From Octopus sinensis (lineage: Eukaryota), in assembly GCF_006345805.1 (NCBI RefSeq), contig NC_043007.1, forward strand, positions 6,696,001-6,760,000: a DNA stretch of 64,000 nucleotides, given 5' to 3'. A program made the translations under genes and the position numbers. The notes beneath the pieces were generated by a model. That model searched no databases, was not told where the DNA came from, and saw nothing but the letters and a program-made list of their open reading frames with translations. Positions 12,996 through 26,957 of the stretch are shown piece after piece. Position 1 is the first letter of the stretch, and each line of letters opens with the position of its first letter.

Positions 12996-13366
12996 TACCA
13001 CAAACCATTTTTTGACGCTCTAAAGATGCCATCAAATCACTACACTGAAATAGTGAGCTTTAATCTAGAAACAAAGTTAGCATTTATGTAAAGGTAGTTG
13101 CTCAATAACATCGACTCGGTTACCAGACTAGTACTCTATTTTATTGGCTTCAACTGATTGGCAAATTACCCTCAGAGGTATTCGAACTCACAACACCTAC
13201 TGACAGAATAAATACCTCAAAACGTACGTATTCTCTTACATAGAAACACACCCGCATAAATATAGACTTAAACGCACGCATATCTTTAATCTAATAAGCA
13301 TATGCAAGAAATCCATTTCTATTATATATTTTGCGCATTTCATTTGTATTGATGATATATATATAA

Positions 13367-13606
13367 TAATAATAATAATGTTTGTCCTTCGGTTCGAAGA
13401 TGACCAACTGACATCATCTGATGGAACTGCCGCCATGAGACCGGAGGTGGCTGGTGAGGCCAATCCGGGCAAGGAAGCCCCTCCCACAGGTGGGGCAGAA
13501 GTGGGTAGGGGCAGTGCTACTGGTGCAGGCGGCTCTGACTTTACGCATCTGACGTTTCTGCTCCGCTGACCGAATCCGTCCCTCCTCGGCTGTCCCTGCT
13601 CCCACG
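13367..13606 (-). mobile_element. RTE-clade LINE 3' end
   Basis: QKRQMRK...HFCPTCGRGFLARIGLTSHLRSH C-terminal finger, short 3' UTR, (ATT)n tail. Confidence 0.85.
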
Positions 13607-13727
13607 GTGATAGAGAGAGAGAGAGAGAGAGGGGGAGAGAGACAGAGATAGAGAGGGAGATAGAGGGAGAGAGATGGAGAGAGAGAGAGGAAGATAGAGA
13701 GAGAGAGAGGGAGATAGAGAGAGAGAT

Positions 13728-13794
<67 letters not shown>

Positions 13795-14313
13795 TTTCAC
13801 TTTATCATTCATCTTAGTTTACATCAATAGTATTTTCTTACATAGATTATCAAGAACGATCTGTTAACCATATTCGTTATACTTTGTTTGAAAAACTCGC
13901 TATACTCATTATTCCTGAAATTCGTTTCTAATTACGACAACTGATTCTTATCTCACGTCTTACACATTTTCTACGCTTTTTTCTCGTTTTAGCTAATGCG
14001 TATTTGTGTATTTCATGATTATTTCACTTTTGAAGACATTCAATCACAGCACTAAAAATTAGAAAATCAAACGAAGTCCACTCTTTGATTTCAAAATAAT
14101 TCGTGTTCGCCCAGCATGGCTTTGTTTATCGTTATTTTTTTTTCTTTTCCTTCTACCGTTCTTTGTGGTAACTGCATTCTGTTTCAATGCAAGATCACTC
14201 GAACAACATTCTCTCTCTCCCTCTTTCTTTCTTCCTTTTTCTTTCTGTGTCTCTGTCTGTCTCTCCTCTCTGTCTCTCTTTCTCTCTCTCTCTCATCAAT
14301 CTGTAAGTTCGAA

Positions 14314-14545
14314 AGGTGGTGAGCTGGTAGAAATGTTAGCACGCCGGGTGAAATGCGTAGCCGTATTTCGTCTGCCGTTACGTTGTGAGTTCAAATTCCG
14401 CCTAGGTCGACTTTGCCTTTCATCCTTTCGGGGTCGATAAATTAAGTACCATTTACGCACTGGGGTCGATATAATCGACTTAATCCGTTTGTCTGTCCTT
14501 GTTTGTCCCCTCTATGTATAGCCCCTTGCGGGTAGTAAAGAAATG
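14314..14545 (+). mobile_element. tRNA-derived SINE family B, full length, with 16-bp TSD
   Basis: GGTGGTGAGCTGG...GAGTTCAAATTCC B-box. TSD AATCTGTAAGTTCGAA at 14298-14313 and 14546-14561. Inverse copy at 58552-58776. Confidence 0.9.
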
Positions 14546-15234
14546 AATCTGTAAGTTCGAATTCGTATTATTCTTTTGCTACTAACATAAAACTTCAAAG
14601 GTTGCAGGAAGCCAACAGCCGTGTCAAGCTAACCCGTGTTTGAAATACATCAAATTTCAAGGCTGTTACTTTCCTTCTTTTATTAGTTTGTGGCAAGAAG
14701 ACTCTCCGTCAACCACGTAATTTCCCGTTAAGCCCAAAACTGCGCTAGGTGTCCTCTACTCTAGCCCCGGGCTGACTATTTCCTTGTAACTGAATTTTGC
14801 CGAAGTCATTTGACGGTAAGCCTATAATTTATTCTTGAATGTAGAGCTTTGTAATTAGCTGCGTGTGTGCTTAAGTGTTTCAACTTCAGATGATGCAGAC
14901 TCCCAAAAGAATGTAGTTAGGTTGTTGGTCAGATGATCAGTGCGTTTGTTGGCCTCGGAATAGATTTTTTATTCTTTAACAAGTAGAAGAATTCCTAAAT
15001 TTTCAGCCGATGGAGGGTCACCCTCCTTTATAGTGAGGTATTAGCGAGGATTGGCTATATATTGAGAAATATAGGACCCTCCATTCAATGTACTACTTAT
15101 TATCCTAACTGGAACAGAGCGAGAAAGGAAAAGGTAAAATACTCGAACCATCCATTTAACCTAGAAGTCCGAACTTTCTCATTCCTAACGTCTTCAGAAT
15201 TGTGTGAGGTGAAAAATGCCAGTTAAAGCTTGAT

Positions 15235-15857
15235 ACTTGATCTTTTTTGTCTACATATTTAATGCTTGATTCGACAGTCATTCGGAATGCTCACAGCAGC
15301 CATATTCCTACCACTCTATGTCACGCTGGTGAGACCCATATTGGAGTACGGGATTCAAGCCTCTTCTCCTTATCTCCTCAAAGACATACAGCATCTCGAA
15401 AGAGTGCAGAAGCTGGCTACCCGCAGGGTTCATGGTCTCAAAAATTTGTCCTATGAAGAAAGGCTGAGGACGCTCGACCTTTATTTTCTAGAAAAGCGCC
15501 GCCGCCGTGGTGATCTCATTCTCGCCCACAACATCATAAGCGGAAAGTGTAACCTCTCGAAAGCGCTGTTCTTCACTCCTGCTCCAGAGCGTCGGCTGCG
15601 GGGTCATTCCGAAAAGCTCTACCTGCGACGATTTCATCTCAATCGAAAGAGAGGAGCTTTCTCCGTCCGGGTTGCGGATCCGTGGAACAAGCTACCAGAC
15701 GAGATGGTGAAGATGCCGACGACCGCTTTGTTCAAAGCCTCCCTTGACCTCAAGTGGCCTGAACTCTTTACATGAACACCACCCTGTACTTAACTCTATG
15801 TCCCCCTACATGGCCTTGCTATTTGCTTTTGAGCCAAATTAACTAACTAACTAAGAG
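15235..15857 (+). mobile_element. CR1/L2-group LINE 3' end (ORF2 C-terminus, 5'-truncated)
   Basis: LVRPILEYG...LERVQKLATR...SYEERLRTL..RGDLI...LRGHSEKL...WNKLP; (CTAA)n tail. Confidence 0.9.
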
Positions 15858-16242
15858 GAGTTATGAAACGTAATATCTACTCTACGCGCGTAAGCGAAAG
15901 CAGGATATTGTAAACACACGTCTTTGTTTGTGTGTGTTTTTGGAAAATTACTGGAAGACGGTCGATCAGATTTTTGCCAAATTTGGAAGAAATACTCACC
16001 GGGCGAATGGCTCGAAATGATAAAAATTTAGTTAGATTATCTTCAAATCTGGTGGACGATTGATTCAAAATGTTTTGACTGTGCAGATGTTTTGCGACAG
16101 AATTTATGTGCACGCAAGGTAGGCATCGTTTTGGCATGTTCTCAGTACAAGAATCTATTATTAGCGCATAAAAGCATGTTCCATTTTTTTTGAATACTGT
16201 TTATCTCTCACCTTCTTTTGTTGACAAAAATATATATATATA

Positions 16243-16474
16243 CAGGGTGTACAAAAGTAGGTATCACGGTAAGTATGACATGAATGTTATAATTAATTCA
16301 TTAAAATTATTAGCGTATTAAATTAGTTAGCCTCATTTTATGATATTTTCAGTGTCATTAATCATAATAGTACATAATACTTTCATCGTAACTTTTAATT
16401 TTGGGGATAAAAATAAATGAGTATTGTAGGTGTTTTCTTTTTTCATAACTATATACCTATTTTACACCACCGTG
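16243..16474. mobile_element. Tc1/mariner-type MITE
   Basis: TIRs CAGGGTGTACAAAAGTAGGTAT and CACGGTGGTGTAAAATAGGTAT (reverse complement), TA flanks. Confidence 0.6.
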
Positions 16475-16496
16475 TATATAATATATATATATATAC

Positions 16497-16531
<35 letters not shown>

Positions 16532-16859
16532 GGGAGAGGGAGAGAGAGAAAGATAGATACATAGATAGACAGATATGAGTTGGATTATAACATACGATGG
16601 ATAATTGTCAGCTCATTACAGCTGTTTCTTACGCATCTTTTTAACAGAAGGATGATGATATTGCTCCATTACAAAAAATCGGAATCATCAAATGGAACAT
16701 AACTTTACAAGCAAAAGAATACCCGAAGCAAGGACACTGTCTAGCAGTAAATGTGGTTTACAAATCTAGTGTTGTGATGGAGACCAATACTTATACTTAT
16801 ATCAGTTGCTCCTTAAATCTGAAGTAACCACTATTCTTCCTTTGAATTAAGACATTGGG

Positions 16860-17030
16860 ATGGCAGGACTTCTCTCGCCAAGAAGATTTGGGAGCTCAAG
16901 GACGTCAATCTTAAATTTGATTTGAGTTGGGACATCATTAAGGTCGCTAAACATACTTAAACAGCGGATACGGGTACGGTCATTGCTGCATGGAGCTGTT
17001 TGAAATTTTATAGAGATCAAATAGTGAAAA
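16860..17030 (+). mobile_element. Degenerate Penelope GIY-YIG C-terminal fragment
   Basis: TSLAKKIWELKDVNLKFDLSWDIIKVAK resembles the fragment at 60540-60695. Confidence 0.45.
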
Positions 17031-17039
17031 TCTAATAGA

Positions 17040-18310
17040 TAGTAGACTAGACCTTCGTCTTTCTTGTATATATAAGGCTCCGCGTACTTTTAGGTATTTT
17101 AAGGACAGTAAAGATCTCCTATAATAACTCCTAACCTAAGGCCAATCTAATTTACTTCCTCTATTTCTGCCCCCAAAGTCGATCGATCTGCTTATTTGCT
17201 TTTCAGTTCTTCTAGTCTCGTTTTTCTTTACTTTCTAACCGCTCTTTCCATAGTTGCAAGGTATGCTATATTGAAGGAAATAACCATTCTATCTGTGGTG
17301 TACCAAGCATTATACATTAGTGATAGCAAAGATATCTAACCTAGAAGCAAAATCTTGCACACCGTGGCCAGTTCTTTTCCAATTCCACTAGGTAAGTAAT
17401 CCTCACACCAAGATGCAGTCATTTTGTGCTGCGCTTCTTAAATAATAGAAGGAACACACAGTCCAAACCCGCGACTGTTGTCTGAGCTGCATTAATGTAT
17501 TTTCACCTTGGTGATTAGACTATCTAATTAAATAATATCAATGCCTCCTATATGACATTCCATATTCTTAATAATCAGACTACTCCATACAGCTAGTTTT
17601 CGTTGATATCCGATCTGGTATTTCCTCTAACTCCGTACTGTAGTTTGTTATATAACCCCTTCTTCCAGGAAAACACGCCCTAATATTACAAACGGTCCCC
17701 ACTTATCACTATACATATTACAAGCGGTCCCCACTAACTTATATTCGTATCTAAAGTAACATTTTACGTCTTTCCACGTTCCCAAATAAATTTTCGCGCT
17801 TAACACAACAGTTTCTTAAAAGTTACATCTTATTCATCGATTGCCTTCGTATCCTCCCCCAACTTTCAACCAAGATCCACAGAATGCCCCTAAATTCTGT
17901 GTATCTCCACCCTTCTCCCTTTGTCTTTTAGCCTTAGCTAACCTACCTTCAACCCCGACCCTTTGCCTATTCGGCTTCTATGCATGTATGTTTCACTTTA
18001 CTTTATGATTTCTCTATTCTTTCTTTCTTTGTCCTTAATTCATCTTCGGTCTTCTCCCAGCTGCCTACTGCTCTAAGCCTACTATAATAAAATATCACCT
18101 ACACCCCACATCAGCCAACCTAAGAACCAGTCCTGCCGACTCCTATCTCATCTGAGTCGCTGACCTTAGATATCATTTTACACTCTTTTTACAGACTATA
18201 TTCTTAACCTCAACGGTCAACCTCTCATGTTGGTCATCCTCTCATTTCATAGTTGGCCTCGACAGACTTCATCCACGTCCCTGCTGAAATCTTGGATATT
18301 CTTTTGTTTG
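17040..18310 (-). mobile_element. Highly decayed LINE-like relic
   Basis: Purine-rich, coding-like composition on the minus strand with many stops; no clear motif. Confidence 0.2.
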
Positions 18311-19499
18311 TAAAATTACGTTTCATCTGCTGATTACGGTTTTCTTTGCAATGGAGTAATGTTTTCGTTCTTTTATTAAAAAGATGCGTAAGAAACGTCT
18401 GCAATGAGACAGATGTAAGAAACAGCTGTAATTATCCATCGCATATTATTATTCCTTTAATTATAATACACCAAGGGGATTTATGACTTGTAGGACACTC
18501 TAGAGTATACCATCAACGTACAATACAACGTAACGCGTGATTTGGACCAGCCCCTTAGGTGCTGAATACTCATAGGGTTAGTTTTCTCTAGATACCGTCG
18601 TGCCTTTTCAAAAACGCACATAGTGTGATTTCAGTGGCATTGGGCTAACGTTTCAATAATTTACAATCAAGGTGTTATAGCTCCATGGCCTCAACAGCGA
18701 TATATATTGTTCAGGATGAAATAACAAAGCAAGAAAGGAAATCGGAACAATATTTAGAACTGCATTAAGGATGAGATGAATGGAAATGCTGTTGTTGTGT
18801 TTGTGTTTCTGAAACTAAAAAGAGAAGAAATTTCAAGGATAACGTTGTAATAAGTAGAACTCAGATGTAATAGAACTTACGAGAAGAAATACATCAACAA
18901 TATTGAATGTAGGGAGTGAAAAAAGAAAACACGAGAGACTAGAGAAAAGGAAAAAAAACAAGTAGAGGCAACTGAGGACGGTACAGGGAGAGAAAGAGAG
19001 GGGGAGAAAGAGAGAGACAAATAAAAAGCCACAAAGATGGAGGGAAGCAATCAGTGGAAAAATCAATGAACTTCCCAGAAAGAAAATTTTTTTCAAAGAT
19101 AATATTTACGTGAGTGAATGACATTATGAATGCGTTCGTGTTTGTTCGAGTGTGGATTATTGTGAAAGTATTATTGTGTGTACACACACATACACACACA
19201 CATATATATATATACACTTAAACACATGCATAAGAATAGTGGGCGTATATATATACGTATCTGTTTTTGCAATGTGCACACACAGACACACGCACAGACA
19301 TACACGCACACGCACACACAGGCTCATTATCTTTCTTTTAACCTGGCTAGTTTGCATTACATACATCTGTCTAATTACATACGGGCTGATCGGGCTAATC
19401 GATATGATCTCCTACTAAACATGGTAATATCAATTATTATTGTCCTCGTTATTCCTATATCACTAGCACTACCGACCCAGCACCGCCAGCGCCTTCATC

Positions 19500-19510
19500 A
19501 ACATCCCCAC

Positions 19511-19546
<36 letters not shown>

Positions 19547-19565
19547 TTCGGCTGTCGTCATCATG
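19500..19565. repeat. (CAT)n microsatellite
   Basis: Direct reading. Confidence 0.9.
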
Positions 19566-19974
19566 AACATAATCCTTTTCTTTATTGTTATCCATATATT
19601 CTTCATCAGGTTTTCGGCAGAGGATTGATGAAATAACTTGAAATATTTTACTTTAATTTGTTCAACTTGCTGAAACTCTCCGTGATATATTTCTAGATTA
19701 TATATAAACAAGCAGCATCACCCGCAACGGCTAGTACTCTTGTTTTTTTGTTGCTTTTTCTTGTTGAATATAATTAGCCATTTTCCCAGTAACTCTAACG
19801 TTATTCTCTGCTTTGAACTCACAGCTCATCGGAGCTTTGTGTGCCGTTCTTTTACGCATTATTTTGTGTTGATTTGATACTTTTAGTGTATCAGTAGAAC
19901 ACGATCCACTCTCTTTTCGGTGCCTAATGATGATCTTTCCTCCATGCTGTTTTATTTGTGTAATAAGAAGCATT

Positions 19975-20380
19975 TTAATTGCGTATTTTTCTTCTTTCTG
20001 AAATTATTTCCAACGTATCTATTAAGATAGCGGTTCGCTCGTTTTTCATTTCCAATACTCTATTTATCTCGATTTCCAGATCTTTATAATAGAAAAAAAT
20101 TTTCCATTTTCTTTATAAACTGGGTATCTTCATCTATATGGTTCGCTCATATATCCTAGGATTTCTTTGAAACTATTCCAGTGTAAGAATGTGCTATCTA
20201 TTTTCTGTTGATATTTCCTAATCCTGGCATAATTCACATTGAACGAAAAATGTAGCTGTAAAGCTGGTAGATCCATTTCGACATTGGCAAAGACTGACTA
20301 GCAAGAGTGAATGCCAGCAGTTGCTTTTATTCATCACATATATTCTGCAAGTTTTAATATATTTCCATGAAAAGACTTTC
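19975..20380 (-). mobile_element. Decayed RLE-type (NeSL/R4-like) non-LTR retrotransposon 3' part
   Basis: YKDLEIEINRVLEMKNERTAILIDTLEII resembles the RLE C-terminal KYxDLxxEIxRxW motif. Upstream STFLHWNS and CRI...H..LA relics. Confidence 0.35.
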
Positions 20381-20989
20381 ATCCTGTGTTCACAATCTGG
20401 TATCCTTCAAATTTCGGTTATTTATTAACTTATATCCACCTAACTTCTGTATTTTGTAAGAGACTGTAAAATCACGTGTCCTTTCCTATTTTTGTTTTAG
20501 CATACATTTTATTACTCCATTCTATTTTAACTTACAGCTTCGTCAAAAATTGCTTCGTTGATTTCATTGCCTTGGAAATGTTTTCGTCAGCCTGATGTTA
20601 GTTTGTTTCGCCGGTGTTTTGTTGATATTTGTATAAATTTTGTATTATTGTTGTATTTTGGTATGGTCATGTTTTATTTTGCCAAATAAACACACGCACC
20701 ATATATTATTTCTTCACTCGTTTATTACTGTATCTATGCCCTTTATATACTTTATTTATTTATTTTATATATATCTGCCTTTCATTTATTACAGGTATGT
20801 GACAGATATATCTATATATTTATCTATTTATTTGTTTACTTATTATTATTTTTTTATACCTCTATCTCTATTCATCATAAGTATCGGGGTCGTGCAGTGT
20901 GTCCTGATGAAACATCACTCCTTTTTCGATTCACTAAAGCGAGTTTTTTTCTTTAAAGCTTGTTTCAAACGCCCTAATTGCTGACAGTA

Positions 20990-21742
20990 GACTTCAGTTT
21001 CCCATGAAGTTCCCTTCTCGGTTGTGATTGAGCTTTTTTTTCCTTTTACCAAGCCGCTGTTCTCGACATTTAACATTTCGATAGAAGATCCATTTTTCGT
21101 CCCCAGTCACAAGTCTATCCAAAAAGGATGAAATGAGTTCGCGAGAATGGAGAGAAGAGCAGATGTCAACTCGGGATTTGCGGTTGCTTTGGGACAATTC
21201 ATGAGACACCCATTTTCCAAGTTTAGGAATCTTTCCAAGTTGTTGAAAATGACGATGAACAGTTGTATGGTTTGAACTAAGCTTTATTGCCAACTCCTCA
21301 ACTGATAATGCAGGATTTTCTTCAACTAATGCTTCAAGGAGCTTACCATCAAACTCAACTGGACGTCCTGTTCGATCTCCATCTTCAAGTCTGAAATCTC
21401 CACTTCTGAATTTTGCAAACCATCTTCTGCAAGTTTTTTCATTCAAGCATTCTTTCCGATAAACTGAATGTATATTTCGAGTCGCTTCGGCTGCAGAGTT
21501 TCCTTTTTGTACTCATAAAGCATTATGTACCTCAAATGCTCTTTGGATACTTCCATGTTAGAAAGGGTTTTAATCAAAGAAACTTTAATTATATTATTCT
21601 GTAAAATAATATTTAATTAGCTTAAACGTACGCAAATACATAAAAATAATTTTAAGTTCCATTAGACATTCTAAAATACTATTAAATTTCATTCAATTTT
21701 GAAAAGTGTAAAATCGGACAGAACTTATGGGATGACCCGATA
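20990..21742 (-). mobile_element. mariner transposon, 5' TIR plus truncated transposase
   Basis: CRRWFAKFRSGDFRLED..RTGRP...GKWVSHELS...VTGDEKWIFY; TIR-like TATCGGGTCATCCCATAAGTTCTGTCCGATTT at 21742-21711. Confidence 0.85.
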
Positions 21743-21807
21743 TAAAATGTATTGATCCTTGAAAAAAAATTCAGCTAAACGAGTGCTTCATTTGTTGAGA
21801 GATAAAT

Positions 21808-22527
21808 ATTATTTATTTAAAGGTCACAATATATGTATTAAATCGCTACTAATAGTTTCGTATATTGAGAAAACTGAAATATGTATTCTTCAGGCGCAAA
21901 CCACATATCATAAGGAACTAAAGAAATTGAATAATAGAAGTAACACAAAAAACAGAGAAGGCATCGTATAAGAAACGAAGACAGTAAACAACGGAAAACA
22001 AAAACCGAAATACAGAAACTAAAATGCCAAAAAAATAAGAAGTAAAAAGGTAAAAAAGCTATCCTCTTTAGACCTTAAATAATAAAGCTGGAAAGATATC
22101 AAGTGAGTCAGAAATAGGCGGACCTATACAATTATTCAAAATATATTTATGCATATGCATGCAACCACTGAAAAAAATGTATAAATATAATTTGAAGGAA
22201 TGGAAAGTTCTGCCTATTCCTGATTGAGTGATACCTTTCCAGCCTTATTATTTACGGTATAAGCTCGTTTGCCTTTTTACTTTTTATTTTTTGCATTTTA
22301 GCTTCAGTTTCTCGTTTTAGGTTTTTCGTTTTCCGTTGTTTACTATCTGGATTTTCTATATACTGACTTCCCATTTTTTTTTTGTGTATGTGTTTCTCCT
22401 ATTATTCAAATTCTTTAGATCGTTATGATACGTGGTTTGCGCCTGAAGTGTATGTTTTGAGTTTTCTCAATATATGAGTTTATTAATAGCGCATTAATAC
22501 ATGTACTGTGACATTTAAAGGAATAAT
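21808..22527. mobile_element. Large diverged inverted repeat (about 320-bp arms) with a hammerhead-like motif; probable Penelope pseudo-LTR pair
   Basis: Arms about 21808-22125 and 22205-22527 align by eye. Minus-strand CGC-CTGAAGA...GAAAC-TATTA-GTA-GCG at 21896-21844. Confidence 0.6.
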
Positions 22528-22625
22528 ACACACACATATACATACATACATACACACACACACTCACACACACACGCACACACACGCAAACACATACACA
22601 CACACGCATATATATATATAGGAAG

Positions 22626-23090
<465 letters not shown>

Positions 23091-23110
23091 AACTATATAT
23101 ACATACATAC

Positions 23111-23178
<68 letters not shown>

Positions 23179-23254
23179 CATACATATCCATATATATATA
23201 TATAGATATATTATATAGATATATATATATATAATATACAAATATATATATATT

Positions 23255-23488
23255 TAGTGTTTTACTCTTTATCTTTTATTAAACTTTTAATACTTTTGAT
23301 ATATATTTAAAATAATATAAATACATTTTATGTATTGGCTTATGTTTTTCACTGTTTGATTTGCCTAATAGTGGTTTTTATCTCTAATTTAATATAATAT
23401 AATATATTTATACTATAAAATTGGATTTAATCCTAAATCTGATTTTTCCCTGTAAGTTTGGATTTATTCCCTAATATTTTATTATTAT
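23255..23488 (+). mobile_element. Solo copy of the 9916-10177 unit, inserted in (TA)n
   Basis: Colinear with 9946-10177; same 3' end (CCCTAATATTTTATTATT). Confidence 0.75.
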
Positions 23489-23503
23489 ATATAAGCTATA
23501 TAT

Positions 23504-23538
<35 letters not shown>

Positions 23539-24100
23539 CTATATATATATATATATATATATAACTATATATCTTTTGATATCATGTGTGCCAGGCAGAA
23601 CTTTTATGCAAGCGCTAAATACTCCTACATCTCTCAGTGAGTTTCTCAGCGTGTATGATGCTCCTCTGGATATTTATTTATTCATACAACTAACACGGTT
23701 CGAGAAGAGGAGAACAACGATGGATTCTGAAAGTATGCGAACTGATTAATTTCTTTCTGCTTTGACGAAATACATGAGATTTTCAGAATTTTGTGAAATG
23801 AAGTTTTTAATTCCTTAGATTTAGCTGTGCCATGATAGATGTGTATATTTGTTTTTCAATGATATCATGTAAACTGTATTTTTAATATAAGATACAAAGT
23901 TATACCAACTCTGCTTACTGGATTTCTATATACACATCTTTTCTCATTTTTTACAGTTTCTGTTTTCCGTTGAACGGTTAGATTTCTCTTTCTATGCAAT
24001 AGCATTTCTTTGCTTTTACTGTCCGCATTCTCTCTACTTTCTCTATCACTATTCCCAATACATAAAAACATACAGATGCATACCTACCTACCTACATATA

Positions 24101-24152
<52 letters not shown>

Positions 24153-25049
24153 ATATATATACAATACGTGTGTGTACGTGTGTAAGTGTGTTGTGTGTGT
24201 GTAGTTTGTGTAGGTGTGTGTGTTGCTTATATGGATTTTATTTTCGAAGTACAGCTATAAATCAATATTCAGCTGCTAGGATCTGGAGGAGTGCATCCAA
24301 AGAGTAGATGTCTCATTGAACTCACCAATAAAATCCATTATAATTTTTCTGCATTAGGAAATATTTTGTCAGTTGCATAAAGTTAATAAATCTACACTAG
24401 GTTTCTTGGTTCGATCTGGAATGTCTGCTTTTGAGGTATTTTAAATAACCCATTCAGCTATACAGCTTATAAGAGGAACATATTCGACATAACTCAAGTA
24501 GGAATCGAAAAAATCTTCGGAAAAAATGTTTGAAAAAATTTAATGGAACTTTACAAAACATGATTTTAACCATTATGAATTTGAAAAGTTACATCTGAGA
24601 GATATTGATACAAGATGGCTGACTAGTATATGTAATGATATAACCAGTTCACAGTTCCTGAATTCATATCGATTTCAGTCGCGATTTTTTCATAGGTTGT
24701 TCGCAAACTATAACCTACATACTTCAGTTTACTCAGCTTTGGTGTTGTGTTGAGCGGATTTTTCATCGTAATGTTCCACGAGCTTTTTATTTTTTTACTT
24801 GCCATGTAATGATATTTGTAATTTTTCTTCGATTTCCTTGATATGTTCTTAAGCATCCTACGAGATGGCCCGTTGTTTGCTCCTATAAATCTTCCATGAT
24901 TATATCAGGTGTCTTTGCTACAAAGAGAAACTCCATAAAATCCCATTATCATCATTCACAATCAGAACCTCTGGCGAATACAAATTGACACAATCACCTA
25001 ACATCCCAGTAACTGGTAACTGGGGATGTTAGATGAGTATGTATTTTTT

Positions 25050-25126
25050 GTTGTTGTTGTTTTCTTCTTCTTCTTCTTCTTCTTCTTCTTCTTCTTCTTC
25101 TTCTTCTTCTTCTTCTTCTTCTTCTT

Positions 25127-25214
<88 letters not shown>

Positions 25215-25236
25215 CTACTACTACTACTACTACTAG
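25050..25236. repeat. Compound trinucleotide array (GTT)(CTT)(ATT)(AGT)(ACT)
   Basis: Direct reading. Confidence 0.95.
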
Positions 25237-25359
25237 AATTTAATGAAATAACTACCCTTCAAGCACTGGGGCCGATGAAATAAACTTAAACCCCGCCTCA
25301 CAAAATGGCTGACGTTATGCCATAGGAAAACTTATTATTATAATTATGATTATGACCAA

Positions 25360-25496
25360 TATATTACCATCATCATCATCACTACCATCTTATTGCATGT
25401 ATTATTTTTCTCATAATTATTATAAACGTAACTATCGTCGTATTTACTAAAAGGCGACAGATTTATTCCCTCGGGGTCAGAAGAAAGTTCATCGTC

Positions 25497-25549
<53 letters not shown>

Positions 25550-25705
25550 ACAACATCATCATCATCACCACCGTCATCATCGTCGTTGCCATCATCATAA
25601 TCACCATCATCATCATCATCACCACCACCATCATCATCATTACCATTATCATGATCATCATCATCATCATCGGTGTTGTTATTGTTGTCCTCGTCATCAT
25701 TACTA
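25360..25705. repeat. Imperfect (CAT/CAC)n array
   Basis: Direct reading. Confidence 0.85.
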
Positions 25706-25906
25706 TTATTGTATATTAAACGGATATGAACTATGACGCAACTATATTTTTTTTCATTGATTTCAGTTTTATTCCTGGGGGTATTTCACAGTAAAATAAT
25801 ATTGGTTATCAGATGAAGTTTATACATTTCAGAAAAAAAAAGTGCTGTAGCTTTGATGTGATTTTTCCTCCCCGTGATTCAGTAGATCTTTCAAGGTATA
25901 CATGTT

Positions 25907-25950
<44 letters not shown>

Positions 25951-26317
25951 TGAACGTATTTATTTTTGTATGCATGTGGAAGTGTCGGTATACGTCAATG
26001 TGCATGTGTGTATGAGTGAGTGTTTTTCTGTTTGTGTGTGTATCCCTGTAAGAGGACGTGAGTAGTTCTGAAGAGGAGTGAGTAACTGCGGGAGTATAAC
26101 CACGCATGAGAATTCTCGAAAGTCTGTTTGTCTCTATCCATTTAAATATTTGCACGTCTCAAATTTTGCATGCGTACAAATATAGTAATTGATACATACA
26201 TATACACACATACATACATACATAAACGGTAACGTTCGCCTGCAGAATGCTTTACTATTTCTCATCAAATGCGTACATACATTCGTACAGGCATATGCAC
26301 ACATACACACACATACA

Positions 26318-26386
<69 letters not shown>

Positions 26387-26499
26387 TATATATTGACCAC
26401 AATAACTAATAAAATAGATTTCATCTACCTAGTTCGCCTTACATCATTTTCGGACCAAGGAGAAAAGTCCGTCTGTTTTTATTTCCCTCTCTTTCTCGT

Positions 26500-26534
26500 T
26501 ATATATATATATATATATATATAGTATATATATA

Positions 26535-26574
<40 letters not shown>

Positions 26575-26575
26575 G

Positions 26576-26607
<32 letters not shown>

Positions 26608-26801
26608 ATTATATATATATGTATATATACATATATATATATATACATTTATATATACATATATATATATATATATATAATATATCTATATACATATATA
26701 TATATATAATATATTTATATAATATATATACAAATTATATATATATATGTATATATATTATATATATTCATGTATATATATATATAAATGTATATTATAT
26801 A

Positions 26802-26844
<43 letters not shown>

Positions 26845-26860
26845 GTATATATATATACAA

Positions 26861-26955
<95 letters not shown>
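26500..26955. repeat. Long imperfect (TA)n
   Basis: Direct reading. Confidence 0.95.
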
Positions 26956-26957
26956 TA

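Noticed and set aside
13414-13812. C2H2-like finger (CPTCGRGF...SHLRSH) as a host zinc-finger gene
   Set aside because: It is a single finger followed by an RTE-type 3' UTR and (ATT)n tail. The same holds for 47965-48157 and 43993-44345.
15266-15775. 169-aa ORF as a host gene
   Set aside because: It is a CR1/L2 ORF2 C-terminus with a (CTAA)n tail.
19178-19636. Poly-His ORF
   Set aside because: It is built from (CA)n and (CAT)n repeats, with no splice or domain support.
20908-20945. CTGATGAAAC as a hammerhead core
   Set aside because: No stem II or downstream GAAA-GUH arrangement was found.
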